A DNA stretch of 64,000 nucleotides, from positions 420,608,001-420,672,000 of the forward strand of contig JBNRSN020000001.1 in NCBI GenBank assembly GCA_051313645.2. The letters run 5' to 3'. Within the stretch, counting starts at the first letter, position 1. Each line of letters begins with the position of its first letter. The position numbers and the translations under genes were made by a program. Positions 36,645 through 50,413 of this stretch are shown piece by piece. The DNA is from Centroscyllium fabricii. Its lineage: Eukaryota. The notes beneath the pieces are model-generated. The model did not search any database. It had not been told where the DNA came from and worked only from the letters and a program-made list of their open reading frames with translations.

Positions 36645-37888
36645 ACTAGCTCTGATTTGAACTTGGGGTGTGAGTGTGGCGGTGGGAATCACTACTTGGC
36701 CTGTTGGTGGGAGCAGGATTTTGCAGTGCTAAATGCCATTACCGGAGGCCCAAGGGAATGGTCACCGGCACTAAGGTAAGTTGGGGGAGTGGCCCAGAGG
36801 CGATTGGAGCTGGGGTAGTGGACGAGAACCCTGAGGCAGAGAAGGCCTTTGCAATCCTCGTGGGGCCAGGAGGAGCATTCATGAAAACAATAAAAAGATT
36901 CTAAATATAATGTTACAGGAAACAAAACTAAAAAGATGGTACTTTCCTGGCCCTCTTTGCCCACACTACTGCTTGCCGCCAGCTTTCACTGGTGGGTTCG
37001 GCACTGTGTGCAACTTGTGTGACCCGGGGATAACATTGTGTCACGGTCCTAACTGCATCATAGGACTCTTTGGTGGGGGGGGAGGGGGGATTAAAAACAG
37101 GACTGATAGTTTTGCAGCAAATTACTATGTGCATGAATTGAATAACTTAATTGAGAGATGCAACTGCTTGAAGATCGCAGCTATGGGATATATTTTCCTC
37201 TGTAAGATTAAAGATAAAGGAGCTGAACTCCCTCATCCATTCTGCTAGAGTTATGGTGGGAGCCCAGCAGAACAATTTGGAAAAAGGCTGGGATGCAGAT
37301 GTGGCGAATCCAGACAATAGTTTGGAATTGTCCCTCTGACCTTGTAAGGGGTAGTGGTCTGTCTATCCCTTAAATGGCCAAAGAGGGGACAGGGACAGGG
37401 TTTCCCACAATGGGACACCATGAGGGACATGGTGTAACATTGGAGGCCAACACGCTCAGTGACATGAGGCATAATGGTCCTCAGAGGGGCATAAGTAGAC
37501 CCACCCAAGCTATGGAAGCAGTACAGATCCCCCCCAAGAATGGGGAAGTTTAAAAAAATTATAGATTGGCCCCCTTACACAGGTGGGGGGTGGGGGCTGG
37601 TGAGAAGGTGATCAAATGGGATCTCTTTGGGAGGGGCTGGCTTGGGCTACCCCCAGTTTCGATGAACGTCAGAGTTTCTGGCAGAATGGGGCAGGTGGGT
37701 GCTCAAGGTAATGCTGCACCCACCTGCCCCATTTAAACGAGGTGTCTCCCCCAACAACCCTGTCTGTTCCAACAGGGACAGCGCTGTGGAGTCAGCGTTA
37801 CTGCTGGGATCATCACCTGTGGGCTTTCAGAGCACAGCTTTTTTATGAATCCATCATTGATTTATCATGACAGTTTAGTTAAAGGAGT

Positions 37889-40800
37889 TGTGATGAAATA
37901 TTACTTCTGCGGCCAGGACAGGCACTCCAAGCTTCTGTGCCCAGCAAAGGGCACCCCTTGTTTCAAATGCGGGAAGAAAGGCCACTTCAGCAAAGTCTGC
38001 AGAGGGAACCCCGCCTCTAGCTCGTCCACCGCTGCGTGCGCGCCATGGGGGCAGCCATCTTGGATGCCATCTTGCCCCGACTCCTCCAGCTCCTCCACCG
38101 CTGTGTGCGCGCCATGGGGGCAGCCATCTTGGACGCCATCTTGTCCCAACTCCACGGACCCCCAGGACCCAATGGTGGCCTCGATCATGGTGGATCAATC
38201 CAGGTGGCAGCCGTTGTCTAAATCAATGATGGACATAAAAGTAAACGGGAACAAGGTACCAGGGGCGGCACGGTGGCACAGTGGTTAGCACTGCTGTCTC
38301 ACAGCACTGGAGACCCGGGTTCAAATCCAGCTTCGGGTACTATCTGTGTGGAGTTTGCACATTCTCCCCGTGTCTGCGTGGGTTTCCTCCGGGTGCTCCG
38401 GTTTCCTCCCACAGTCCAAAGATGTGCGGGTTAGGTTGATTGGCCATGATAAATTGACCCTTAGTGTTAGGGGGATTGAATGTGTGGGGTTACGGGGAGA
38501 GGGTGGGATATGTGTCGATGCAGGCTCGATAGGGATCGAGGGATGTGGGGGGAGGGCAGGGGTGGGGTGCTGGGTTTGGATGATCAGCCATAATCTCATT
38601 GAATGGCAGAGCAGGCTCGAAGGGCCGAATGGTCTACTCCTGCTCCTAGTTTCTATGTTAAATGCCTGGTTGACTGCGGGAGCACCGAAAGCTTCATCCA
38701 CCCTAGCCTGGTGAAGCGACTTTCACTAACGGTAGTCCCAGCACAGGGCAAACTCGCCATGGCTGACAAGACTCATACCTCCCATATTACAGGTTTTTGC
38801 ATGGTCATGTTATCGGTAAAAGGCAATGATTATAACAAATTTTAAATGTTGGTAATGCCTTATCTCTGTGTGAGCGTGATCTTGGGTCTGGATTTCCAGT
38901 GCCACCACCAAAGTATCATGCTTACCATCGGTGGGTCCCAGCCGCCCCTCACAGTGTGTGGTCTGGCTACCCTGAAAGTCAAGCCGCCCTCCCTGTTTGC
39001 CAATCTCACACCAAACTGTTGCCCCATAGCGACCAAGAGCAGGCGGTACAGCCGGGAGGACAGACGGTTCATTGCGGCGGAAGTGGAAAGACTACAGCGG
39101 GAGGGCATTATTGAATGCAGTACCAGCCCGTGGTGCGCCCAGGTGGTAGTTGGTAGTGGTTAAGGGTAGCGAAAAGAAGCAGATGGTGATAGACTAGCCA
39201 GACGGTTATCTATACACCCAGCTGGATGCCTACCCCCTGCCCTGCATAGCAGATATGGTCAATTAAATCGCTCAATACCAGGTGTTTTCCACCATTGACC
39301 TAAAATCGGCATACCACCAGCTCCCCATTAGGCTGGAGGACCGTCCATATACTGCCTTTGAGGTGAACAGACGCCTCTACCACTTCCTGAGAGTCCCCTT
39401 CGGGATAACGAATGGGGTCTCGGTTTTCCAGAGGGAGATGGACCGCATGGTCGATGAGAACCAGTTAGCGGTCACCTTCCCATACCTTGACAACGTCACC
39501 ACCTGTGGCCACGACCAACAAGACCACGACTCGAACCTCGCAAGGTTCATGAAAACCGCCCACAGGCTCAACCTCACCTATAACGAGGATAAGTGCATCT
39601 TTAACACAACGCACCTCTGTATCCTGGGCTGCGTGGTGGAAAACGGGGTAATCGGTCAAAACCCCGACCGATTGCGCCCCCTACGGGAGCTACCCCTATC
39701 AAGCATCCCCAAGGCCCTGAAAAGGTGCCTGGGATTCTTTTCCTACTATGCCCAATGGGTCCCCAATTACGCAGAAAAGGCCCGTCCCCTCCTGAAATCA
39801 ATGTCCTTCCCGCTCATGGCCGAGGCCCACGCCACCTTCAACAGTATTAAGCTCGATATTGAGAAGGCCGCGCTGCGGGCAGTGGACGAAGACGTCACTT
39901 TCCAGGTGGAAAGCGATGCGTCCAACTTCGCTTTAGCAGTCACCCTCAATCAGGGTGGGCGGCCCGTGGCCTTTTTCTCAAGAACCCTCCAAGGGTCTGA
40001 GACCAGGCACTCTTCAGTAGAGAAAGAGGCCCAGGCTATAGTGGAGGCAGAGTGGCACTGGAGGCACTACCTAGCCGGAAAACGCTTCACCCTGCTTACC
40101 GACCAGCGGTCAGTAGCCTTCATGTTTAATAACAAACAGAGGGGGAAGATTAAAAATGACAAAATCCTCAGGTGGTGGATCGAACTCTCTACGTTCGAGT
40201 TCGACATTATATATAGGCCGGGGACCCTCAACGAATCCCCCGACGCCCTATCACAAGGGATGTGTGCCAGCATCCAGGGAGACAGGCTACAGGCCCTCCA
40301 CAATGACCTCTGCCACCCGGGAGTCACCCGGCTATTCCACCTTATAAAATCCCATAACCTGCCCTACTCCATCGAGGAGGTCCGGTCTATGACCAGGAAC
40401 TGCCGCATCTGTGTGGAATACAAACCCCGTTTTTACAGACCCGACCGAGCCCACCTGATCAAAGCTACACAGCCATTCGAGCGCCTGAGCTTATATTTCA
40501 AGGGACGCCTCCCCTCCACCAATCGCAATATGTACTTTCTCAACATTGTGGATGAGTACTCCCACTTCCCATTTACCTACCCCTACCCAGACATGACCAG
40601 TGCCACGGTCATCAAGTGCCTCGGCAGCCTGTTTTGCATGTTCAGCATGCCAAACTACATCCACTCTGACAGAGGGGCGTCGTTTATGAGCGACGAACTG
40701 CGCCAATACCTGCTGTCAAAAGGGATAGCCATGATTCGGAACACTAGTTATAATCTCTAGGGTAATGGGCAAGTGGAGAGGGAGAACGCGGCAGTGTGGA

Positions 40801-41574
40801 AGGCGGTTACCTTAGCATTACGGTCTAAAGGCCTCCCTGCCTCCCGCTGGCAGGAGGTCCTCCCAGACGTACTCCACTCGATCAGGTCGCTCCTGTGCAC
40901 CGCAACCAATGCCACTCCTAACGAGAAGATGTTTGTGTTTCCCCGCAAATCAACTTCAGGAGTGTTCCTACCTTCATGGCTCTCCACCCCAGGATCTGTC
41001 CTACTACGGCAGCATGTGAGGGGCCACAAAATGGATCCCCTTGTGGAGGCAGTACACCTACTGCACGCGAACCCACAGTACGCGTACGTCAAGCACGCCG
41101 ATGGGCATGAGGACACTGTGTCCATAAAGGACCTTGCCCCAGCAGGAAGTGACGGCATCCCACCCTTACCACCCCCAGAATTACCTGCCACACCCCCAGC
41201 GCATGGGTATGCCCAGGAGGGCACCACAGACACCAGGCTTGAACCCGAGGTACTGTTGCACCAGTCAGGACGGACTATCACACCCCCGGACAGACTAAAT
41301 CTGTAGAAGGGGTGAATGTGATGAAATATATATACTTTCATCAGCCTGTGTTTCTACCTTAGACTTACCTGTAATGTGCGTGTATGTACCGCCCACTTTT
41401 CTATTGTATGTATTGGGCTCCGCCCCCTGTCTTTTGCCATATAAAGGACTCCTGAACTGTATGAGTCATTCAACCTGGAGAACTCAGTGTGGAATCATGT
41501 ACCACAGTTCTTAGCTATTAAAAGCCTATCTTTGAGTCCTCAAACCTCTCATTTGTGTTATTGATGGCCCACCA
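37889..41574 (+). mobile_element. Gypsy (YLDN-RT lineage) with most of the 5' LTR and gag deleted
   Basis: Starts with TGTGATGAAATAT, the first 13 nt of the 3' LTR (41317-41574), fused to the gag zinc knuckle; TSD GGAGT/GGAGG; PR, RT YLDN, RH and IN fragments; PPT GAAGGGGTGAA. Confidence 0.9.
38262..38657 (+). mobile_element. HE1-like V-SINE inserted in the Gypsy protease
   Basis: GGGGCGGCACGGTGGCACAGTGGTTAGC head, box B GGTTCAAATCC, V-domain, CR1-type tail; splits NGNKV|KCLVDCGS. Confidence 0.9.
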
Positions 41575-41872
41575 GGAGGTTTCTTTAGCTTTATACCCAA
41601 AAGAAAATAAGTGACATTATCTGCTACTAAGTGACAGGACATCAAATTCTGATGAAAAAAATCTTTAATGGTTATTTAAAATTTGTGTTTAGAAGGCAGT
41701 TATATTTTGCTCAAAAATGTTACACAAATATTTTAAATCATTATTGCATTAATTTAACTTGGACTTAAATGGCTGATATATATATATATATTTAAGTAAT
41801 ATTGTTTTATTCATTTTTAAAGAAACTTCATAATTTTCAAAATAATTTTTCATGATGTTCATAATAGATGCT

Positions 41873-42129
41873 TGTGGCGGAGACCACATAGGGGCAGTAA
41901 CACAATTCACTATGTACAGCCAATGTTGTTATCGCTCCACGTTATGGACCGAACTTGGTTGGGTTAGCGGGGCAGGGTCCCTTTAAGAGTCGTCGATTGT
42001 GTGATGACATCATAGCCCTGCGACGAGGCCGAGTCCCTCAGTCCGTGCGGAGAGTTAATAAAGCTAACAGGCGTTTTTCTTTGCTGCTACGAAAGTCTCA
42101 CAGTCTGTTTATTTCCAGCGACTCCTACA
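41873..42129 (+). mobile_element. Solo-LTR-like element
   Basis: TGT...ACA ends, AATAAA near 42057, flanked by a 42-bp direct repeat. Confidence 0.7.
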
Positions 42130-42461
42130 TAATTTTCAAAATAATTTTTCATGATGTTCATAATAGATGCTCATAATTTTAAAGTTAGAAAGAAAATGGT
42201 TGAGGGTATGCAAACCCACTTTACAATCGATGGTTTTTAGACACAGAAGTGAAAGGTTAATTCTGCTTTGTATCTCTTAATCATTCATGTATTTGTATTG
42301 CACACATGGTATGTGCATGCCAGCCATTTCATTTATGGAATGACAAATTGAATTCTTAAATAAAGGAACTTTATTTTATAGCATGACTATAATATTCAGA
42401 GTGAGAATGCAATGGAGCTTTTCATAGTAAAATTAAGTAAAATGAAAGTCCATTTACTAGC

Positions 42462-45400
42462 AAATGCAAGAAGTCACACAACACCAGGTTATAGTCCAAC
42501 AGTTTTATTTGAAATCACAAGCTTTCGGAGCGCTGCTCCTTAAGTTCTCTTCTTTCACCTGAGGAAGGAGCAGCGCTCCGAAAGCTTGTGATTTCAAATA
42601 AAAGTGTTGGACTGTAGTGCATGCAGGCCTGAAGAACCACGCGGGAGCCGGTAAGACAGAGAACACTTGTTTATTACATTACAGGGGCCAGGTAGAAAAG
42701 AGACTGATCCACCTGGAGCAGCCTTATTTAAAGGGCCCGCGGTTGGTGACATCACCACGCCGGAAGTCCCGGTGACGTCTTTACGCCGGAAGTCACGGTG
42801 ACGTCATCACGTCACCCGATGGGCGGGGCCGTGCCCTGCAGTACTCCCGAGGCGGATTCGATGCCTTTGGTGGGCGTGTCGCCACACAGCTCCCCCCCAG
42901 AATCTGTGAGGGAGAATAAAGTGAAAATAAAAAATGAGGGAGAATAAAGTAAAAATAAAAAATGAGTCTCAAGCGAGGCGTTGAGGTGGCCGGATGATGC
43001 GGCCGGCACGTGTTGTGCACTGCTCCTTGTTCTGCGGTGGAGTGTGGGCGGGTTTTGGTGCGGGAGGGCGTCCGCGTTTTGGTGGCTGCGCGGGGACTGT
43101 TGTCTCACCCGCTATTACGTGTGCCGGTTTGAGCCGGTCTATCGAGACGGTTTCAGATCTGTTGCCCATTTTGAGTTCGAAAGCCTTAGCTCCCACCCAA
43201 AGCACCCTGTACGGTCCATCATACGGTGGCTGTAGTGGCGTTCGATGTGCGTCGTGGCGGACAAACACATATTTGGCGTTCTTAATGCCGTCCGGTACAC
43301 GTGCTGCCGGCTCTCCGTGCCGGGCCACCGGTAGTGGTTTGAACGCTCGTGCCTGGTTGTTGAAGTCTTTGAGGCACTGGTCAGCTGACCAGGTAGCGTT
43401 AGGTTCTGCGAGGAACTCACCTGGTACGGTTAGGGGTTGGCCGTAGACGAGTTCCGCCGCTGATGCGTGCAGGTCTTCTTTGGCCGCTGAGCGTAGGCCG
43501 AGCATTACCCAGGGCAGGCGGTCTGTCCAAGTTGCGTCCTTCAGACTGGCCCGCAGAGATGCTTTGATGGAGCGGTGGAACCGTTCGCAGAGTCCATTGG
43601 ACTGTGGGTGGTAAGTGGTGGTTCGGTGTAGGGTTACCCCAAGTTCACGGGCGATGGTCGCCCATAGTGTCGACGTGAATTGGGGGTCTCTGTCCGACGT
43701 GATGTCGGTGGGTACGCCGAAACGCGCGACCCAGGTGGCGATGAAAGCCCTGGCCAGGTCCGTGGTGCTGGTAGCGACGAGTGGGACTGCTTCTGGCCAG
43801 CGAGTGCTGCGGTCGACCATGGTCATGACGTGTGTGTGTCCCCGTGATGGAGGTAGTGGTCCGACCAGGTCGATGTGGACGTGGTCGAAGCGTCTAGCTG
43901 GTATGGTGAACATTTCCAGCGGTGCCTTGATGTGCTTGTGCACCTTGGCGCGCTGGCAGGCAGTGCAGGCGTTGGTCCAGGCGCGGACATCCTTGCGCAG
44001 GCCGCGCCAGACGAAACGTGCCGAAATCAGCTTGCTGGACGCGCGGGTGCCAGGGTGGGACAGGCCATGAAGGGTCTGGAAAATGTGTCGCCTCCATGCG
44101 TGGGGGACGACGGGTCTGGGCTGCGGGAGGGAGACGTCGCAGCAGACCGCGGTGGCTGTGGGCCCGTGTGCTACGCTGGCCAAGTGCAGGCCGGGGAGGT
44201 TGGTAGCTGGGTCGAGCAGGTCAGGGTCGGTTAGTTGGTCGGTTGCCAGTTTGGCGTAGTCGACCGCCGTTTGTACGGCGTTGATGGTGGGACGTAACAG
44301 GCAGTCGGCGACCACATTGTCGCGGCCGGCGATGTGTTGTATGTCCGTGGTAAATTCCGACACGGCCGCGAGCTGGCGCTGCTGCCTGGCCGACCAGGGT
44401 TTGGCGATCTTAGCCATTGCGGACACAAGCGGCTTGTGATCAACGAAGGCTGTAAAATGTCGGCCCTCCAAGAGGAAGCGGAAGTGGCGCACTGCGAGGT
44501 AGAGAGCGAGTAGCTCCCTATCGAAGGCGCTATACTTGACCTCTGGGGGCCGAAGTTGCCGGCTGAAAAAGGCCAAGGGTTGCCAGGAGTTGCCGGTCCA
44601 CTGCTCGTAGACCGCTCCGACAGCGTGGTCGGAGGCGTCGGTGGTGAGGGCCACTCTGGCATTGGGCCTAGGGTGGGCTAGGAGCGTGGCATTGGCCAGG
44701 GCGGTTTTGGTTGCTGTGAAGGCTGTGGTGGCTTCGGCCGACCACTCGACCGCAGTTTTGTTGGACTGCCCGCGTGTGGCCTGGTAAAGGGGTGCCATGA
44801 GAGCGGCTGCTCCTGGGATGAAGCTGTTATAAAAATTAACCATCCCTAGGAATTCCTGCAGCCCCTTGATGGAGTGCGGGCGGGGTAATTCCTGGACCGC
44901 CTGCACCTTGGAGGGCAGGGGTATGGCCCCGGTTTGGGAAATGCGGTGGCCGAGGAAGTCGATCGTCTCGAGGCCAAATTGACATTTTGAGGGGCTTAAT
45001 ACGAGACCGTGTTCGGTCAGGCGTTGGAACAGGGTCCTGAGATGGAGGAGGTGTTCCTGGGGGGAGGTGCTGGCCACGAGGATGTCGTCTAGGTAGACGA
45101 ACATGAACTGCAAGTCCCGTAGGACTGAGTCCATGAGGCGTTGGAAGGCCTGGGCCGCGTTTTTCAGTCCGAAGGGCATTCGGAGGAATTCGAATAGTCC
45201 GAATGGGATGATGACGGCTGTCTTAGGGACGTCCGCCGGGTGCACTGGTACCTGGTGGTAGCCCCGTACCAGGTCGATCTTAGAAAAGATCATGCAGCCC
45301 GCTAGCCTGGCGGAGAAATCTTGGATGTGGGGGACAGGGGACCTGTCTGGGGTGGTGGCGTTGTTGAGGCGGCAGTAGTCTCCGCAGGGGCGCCAACCAC

Positions 45401-47236
45401 CACCCGGTTTGGGGGCGATGTGGAGGGGGGAGGCCCAGGGGCTTTTGGAGCGGCGGATTATGCCGAGTTGTTCCATAGTGCGGAACTCGGTACACGCGAT
45501 CTCCAGTTTGGCCGGGTCCAGCCTGCGGGCGTGGGCATGGACGGGAGGGCCGGTGGTGGTGATGAAATGCTCCACCCCGTGTTTGGCCGTGCGGGCTGTG
45601 AAGGTGGGGTTGGTGAGTGCTGGGAACTCCGCGAGGAGCGTGCCGTACATGTCGGAGTTCCGGGCTCGGCAGTGTGCCGCTGCGTGGGCCTGGCGTGCCG
45701 GCCCTGTGGAGCATGGGATGGTCGACATGTTGTGGATGTCGACCAGTCGGCGCCGGGTCATGTCGACCAGGAGGCCGTGGGCGCAGAGGAAGTCTGCCCC
45801 GACGAGGGGTAGTTTGACCTGGGCGGTGATGAAGTCCCAATGGTACATGTGGCCTGCTAGCTTGATGGTGAGCTTGCGGGTGCCGTACGTTTTTATTTTG
45901 GAGCCGTTTGCGGATTCGAGTGGCGGGCCCCGGGTGCCTTATTTGGCTTCTGCGGGGGAGGCTGGCACGATGCTGTGCTGCGCGCCTGTGTCGCAGAGGA
46001 ACCGGAGGCCTGTGCCACTGTCTGTGACGTAGAGCAGTGCTCCAGAGTGGCCTACAGACATGGTGGGGCTTGAGGCAGGTTGGGGTTTGAAAGTGCAGGG
46101 CTGGACGCCGCGTTGCGCTTTGGATTCAAACCGGGTGTGGTAGTAGCACCAGCCGGTGCCCGATGTGCGCGGCCTTTTGCGGGGTCGCGTTGGCCTGGGT
46201 TCAGGCCTGGGGTCGGACTTGGGGTGCGCGTGGCGGGGCTCGGATGCCGTGGCAACGGGCTCGCACGTGGCGGAGTGGGAGCGCTCGGCCGTCATGAGCT
46301 TGTTGGCCTCCTCAGCCAGCTGTTCTCCGCTGTGGTGGCAGAGGGCCTTCAGAGCCGGTCTGACGGAGGGGGGCAGTTTGAGGAGGAACAAGGTGCGCTT
46401 GATGGAGGCTGGGTCTGAGTTCAGCGCTTCCATTTGGGCCCAAAGTTCCGATGGGTCTGCGTCCCCGAGTTCGGGGAGGTTGATGAGCTGGCAGTCGTGC
46501 TCAAATTGGGAGGGGGAGAATTTTTTAAGCAGCGCGGCCTTAAGGAATTCGTACCTGCCTGCTGCTGGTGCACGCTGTAACGTCGGCCACATCCGATCGA
46601 CCGTGGTCTGTGGTAGGGCCGCGAAGAGCAGGTCGTAGCGATCATCCCCCTGGATGCCATGGATGTGGCAGCTGGTTTCGATGCAGAGGAACCAGGCCGC
46701 TGGGCGTAGCTCCCAGAACTCTGGTAGAGTTAATCTGTGGCCGGAGTTCTGGCCCAGTCTTTGAGGTCGCGCAGCTTGGCTTCCTGATGGCATGTTGGTT
46801 GGAAGTGCTCTGAGGCAGCTTGGCCCTCAGTCCTGCAGCAACTGCTTCATTTTTGTTCTCTTGGAAGACGTTCCAAGTACGGGGTCACCACTGTAGTGCA
46901 TGCAGGCCTGAAGAACCACGCGGGAGCCGGTAAGACAGAGAACACTTGTTTATTACATTACAGGGGCCAGGTAGGAAAGAGACTGATCCACCTGGAGCAG
47001 GCTTATTTAAAGGGCCCGTGGTTGGTGATGTCACCACGCCGGAAGTCCCGGTGACGTCATCACGCCGGAAGTCGCGGTGACGTCATCACGTCACCCGATG
47101 GGCGGGGCCATGCCCCGCAGTACTCCCGAGGCGGATTCGATGCCTTTGGTGGGCGTGTCGCCACAGGACTATAACCTGGTGTTGTGTGACTTCTTGCATT
47201 TGTCCACCCCAGTCCAACACTGGCACCTCCACATCA
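42462..47236. mobile_element. Palindromic Penelope-derived hairpin element with a hammerhead motif, split by the Gypsy at 42613-47165
   Basis: Arm 42462-42541 is the reverse complement of 42565-42612 plus 47170-47201; tcac-CTGAGGA-a-ggag/cagcg/ctcc-GAAA-GC-TT-gtga at 42555-42591. Confidence 0.8.
42613..47165 (-). mobile_element. Full-length CsRn1-clade Gypsy with one nonsense codon in the protease
   Basis: 274-bp LTRs at 42613-42886 and 46892-47165 (about 10 differences); TSD GGAC; Trp PBS; gag-PR at 46793-45939, TAA, then in-frame pol to 42969 (YLDD, RH, IN). Confidence 0.95.
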
Positions 47237-47801
47237 CATTTACTAGCAGTTTTCCATTATTTGAATTCAGTCCAGCTGTAATAGAAAGGAACTACAGGCT
47301 AATTATGCAGTCCAGCTGCACATTGCAGGCAGCCGAGCTGTGTGGGCAGGACATCCAGCACAAACCAGCAGCTGTTATAGGGCTGCTTCAAAAAATTAAA
47401 GAGATTCATCCCCTTAAAAGCTGCATATGGGGCCAAAACTAATTTCTACTTTTCTAAACTCTGCAATTTAACCCTGTGGACTCCATAAGGTTTCATTCAA
47501 TAAGAAATAGCACTTAGAACATACTTAGTAAAGACAGACAATAATGACATGTGTCCCTGAAATCAATGTGAGATTCATCGGTCATCAGATGAAGGAACAC
47601 TTGAAATTAACATGAAACTCCAATGTAACAGACTTACTGCAGTGAAAACTAATCCAGTGATGAAATTCAACCACCTGTCAGAGATGATCATACTCAGATC
47701 ATGAAGTCAGAGAATTTTCATTGAAATGTACTAATAGAAAACGAACTGTCTCAAGAGTGAAGAGCAACCTCTCTTCTCAGTCGTACATTGGCTTTATGAG
47801 C

Positions 47802-48040
47802 TTTTTTTCATTCATTCATGGGATATGGGCGTCACTGGCAAGGCCAGCATTTTTTGTCCATCTCTAATTGCCCTTGAGAAGGTGGTGGTGAGCCGCCTTC
47901 TTGAATCGCAGCAGTCCATGTGGTGACGGTACTCCGACAGTGCTGTTAGGGAGGGAGATCCAGAATTTTGACCCAGCTACAGCTGGTAGAGGTCACAGGT
48001 TTGGGAGATGCTGCTGAAGAAGCCTTGCTACAGTGCATCT
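47802..48040 (-). mobile_element. 3' end of the same LINE family as 1889-5048
   Basis: Reverse complement matches 4780-5045 (cagctcaccacc...gggcaattag...cccatatcccatgaatgaa). Confidence 0.75.
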
Positions 48041-48043
48041 TGA

Positions 48044-48384
48044 AACACAGAAACACAGAACATAGGAGCAGGAGTAGGCCATTCGGCCCTTCGAGCCTGC
48101 TCCACCATTTCTTTTGATGAGATCATGGCTGTTCATCCAAACCCAGCACCCCCCTCCTACCCTCTCCCCATATCCCCCGACACCCCCAACTCTAAGAACT
48201 ATATCTCACACATATACTCATGGGCAATTTTTTTGTATCTCCAATTCACCTAACCTGCATGTCTGCGTGGTGGGAGGAAACCGGAGTACCCGGAGGAAAC
48301 CCACAGACGAACATGGGGAGAACATGCAAACTCCACACAGAGAGGTCTCGGGCCAAGCAGGATTCGAACCCAGGAGCTCCTTAT
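48044..48384 (-). mobile_element. HE1-like V-SINE, 5'-truncated
   Basis: Reverse complement of the 19420-19742 subtype (GGAGCTCCTGGGTTCGAATCCTGCTTGGCCCG, V-domain, CR1 tail). Confidence 0.85.
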
Positions 48385-50413
48385 TTCCAATCTATATGTA
48401 GATTAAAGTCACCCATGATGACTGCTGTGCCCTTATTGCACGCATCCCTGATTTCCCTTTTTATGCCATTGTGGCGACACGCCCACCAGCAACATCGAAC
48501 CCGCATCGGGAGCGCTGCAAGACGGTCCCGCCCACCAGGCGGCGTGCTGACGTCACCGCGACTTCCGGCGTGATGACGTCGCCAGGTGGAGACCCGACAG
48601 TGACGTCACCTACCGCGGGACCTTTAATTACCTGGGCTCCAGGTGGCTCAGTCTCTTTTCCACCTGGCCCTAGCTGTAGTAACATTAAATGATAACTTTC
48701 CGACTCATCTGTGTCCAGTGTGGTTCTTCGGCCCTGCATGCCTCTACAGTGGTGACCTCGATACTTGGGATGAATTCCAAGAGAACAATGAAGCAGTCGC
48801 TGCAGGACTGAGGGCCAAGCTGCCTCAGTTGAATCGCAACCACCATGCCAGCAGGGATCGAAACAGCACGCCACCAAAGACGGGGCCAGCACTTCGGCAA
48901 AATCCCAAACCTACCTGAGTTCTGGGAACTCCGTCCAGCGGCCTGGTTCCTCAACACTGAGAACACCTTCCGCATCTATGGCGTGCAGGGGGACGATCGC
49001 TACAGCCTGCTCTTCGCAGCCCTTGCGCAGCCCACAATCGACCGAATGTGGGACTCCATCGAGCAAGAACCAACTGCTGGCAGGTATGAAACGCTTAAGG
49101 CCGCGCTGCTCCAAAAATTTACCCCCCCCATTTTTGAGCGCGACTGCCAGGTCATTAACCTCCCCGACCTGGGTGACGCAGACCCCACCGACCTGTGGGC
49201 CCAATTCGAAGCGCTTAACCCAGATCCGGCCATTCTCAAGCGCGCCTTGTACCTCCTTAAACTGCCCCCCTCCGTCAGACCGGCTCTGACGGTCCTGGAG
49301 CACTACTCGGGCAAACAACTAGCTCAGGAGGCAGACAAGCTGATAAAGGCCGAGCGCACCCGCGCCACCATGCACCGTAATGCTGCCGCTCCACCGGAGC
49401 AGTACTACGCGCACCCCAGGCCCGGGCACAGGCCCCAAGCCAGAGCGGTGCGGACCCACAAAAAAACACGCACTACGGGCCCAGGCTGGTGCTATTACCA
49501 CACCAGGTTCGAAGCCAAAGCGCAGCGCTGCGTCCAGCCCTGCACCTTCAAACCCCAAACCAGCCCAGGCCCCACCATGTCCGTAGGCCGCTCCGGAGCA
49601 CTGCTCTTCGTTACAGACAGTTGCTCAGGCCTCCGCTTCCTCTGCGACACAGGCGCGCAGCACAGCATCGTGCCAGCCTCCCCCGCAGAAACCAAGCAAG
49701 GCACCCAAGGCCCACCACTCGAAGCCGCAAACGGCTCCGAGATAGTTACGTTCGGCACCCGCCAGCTTACCATCAAGCTGGCAGGCCACACGTACACGTG
49801 GGACTTTATCACAGCCCAAGTTAAAATACCCCTACTCGGGGCCGACTTTCTGTGCGCCCACGGCCTCCTGGTCGACGTTACCCGACGCCGCCTGGTCGAC
49901 ATCCACAACATGTCGACCATCCCATGCTCCAAAAGGCCGGCACACCAGGCCCACGCAGCGGCCCACTGCCGAAGCCGGAACTCCGACACGTACGCCACGC
50001 TGCTCGCGGAGTTCCCAGCCCTCACCAACCGTACGACGGACCATTCAGAGTGCTTCGGGCGGGACCCAAAACTTTTCAAATTGAAATGGGCAATAGAGCC
50101 GAGACTGTCTCAATTGACCGGCTCAAACCGGCACACGTAATGGCGGGCGAGACAACAGTCCCCGCACAGCCACCAAAGCGCGGATGCCCTACCGCACCAA
50201 ACCCCGCCCACACTCCTACGCAGAACAAGGAGCACCGCACGACACGTGCTGGCCGCATCATCAGGCCACCTCAGCGCCTCGCCTGAGACGACACGTGCAG
50301 GCTACATCATCAGCCTGCCTCAACATCGCATTTCGGAACATGGAACAGCGCACGACACGTGCGGGCCACACCATCAGGCCACCTCGGCAAACCGCCGGAC
50401 ATTCTATGTTATA

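Noticed and set aside
45939-45941. Programmed stop-codon read-through between gag and pol
   Set aside because: The stop lies inside the protease, and both sister elements have CAA (ETKQG) here.
30257-46638. Many 100-260 aa antisense or alternative-frame ORFs
   Set aside because: Shadow ORFs of GC-rich pol sequence.
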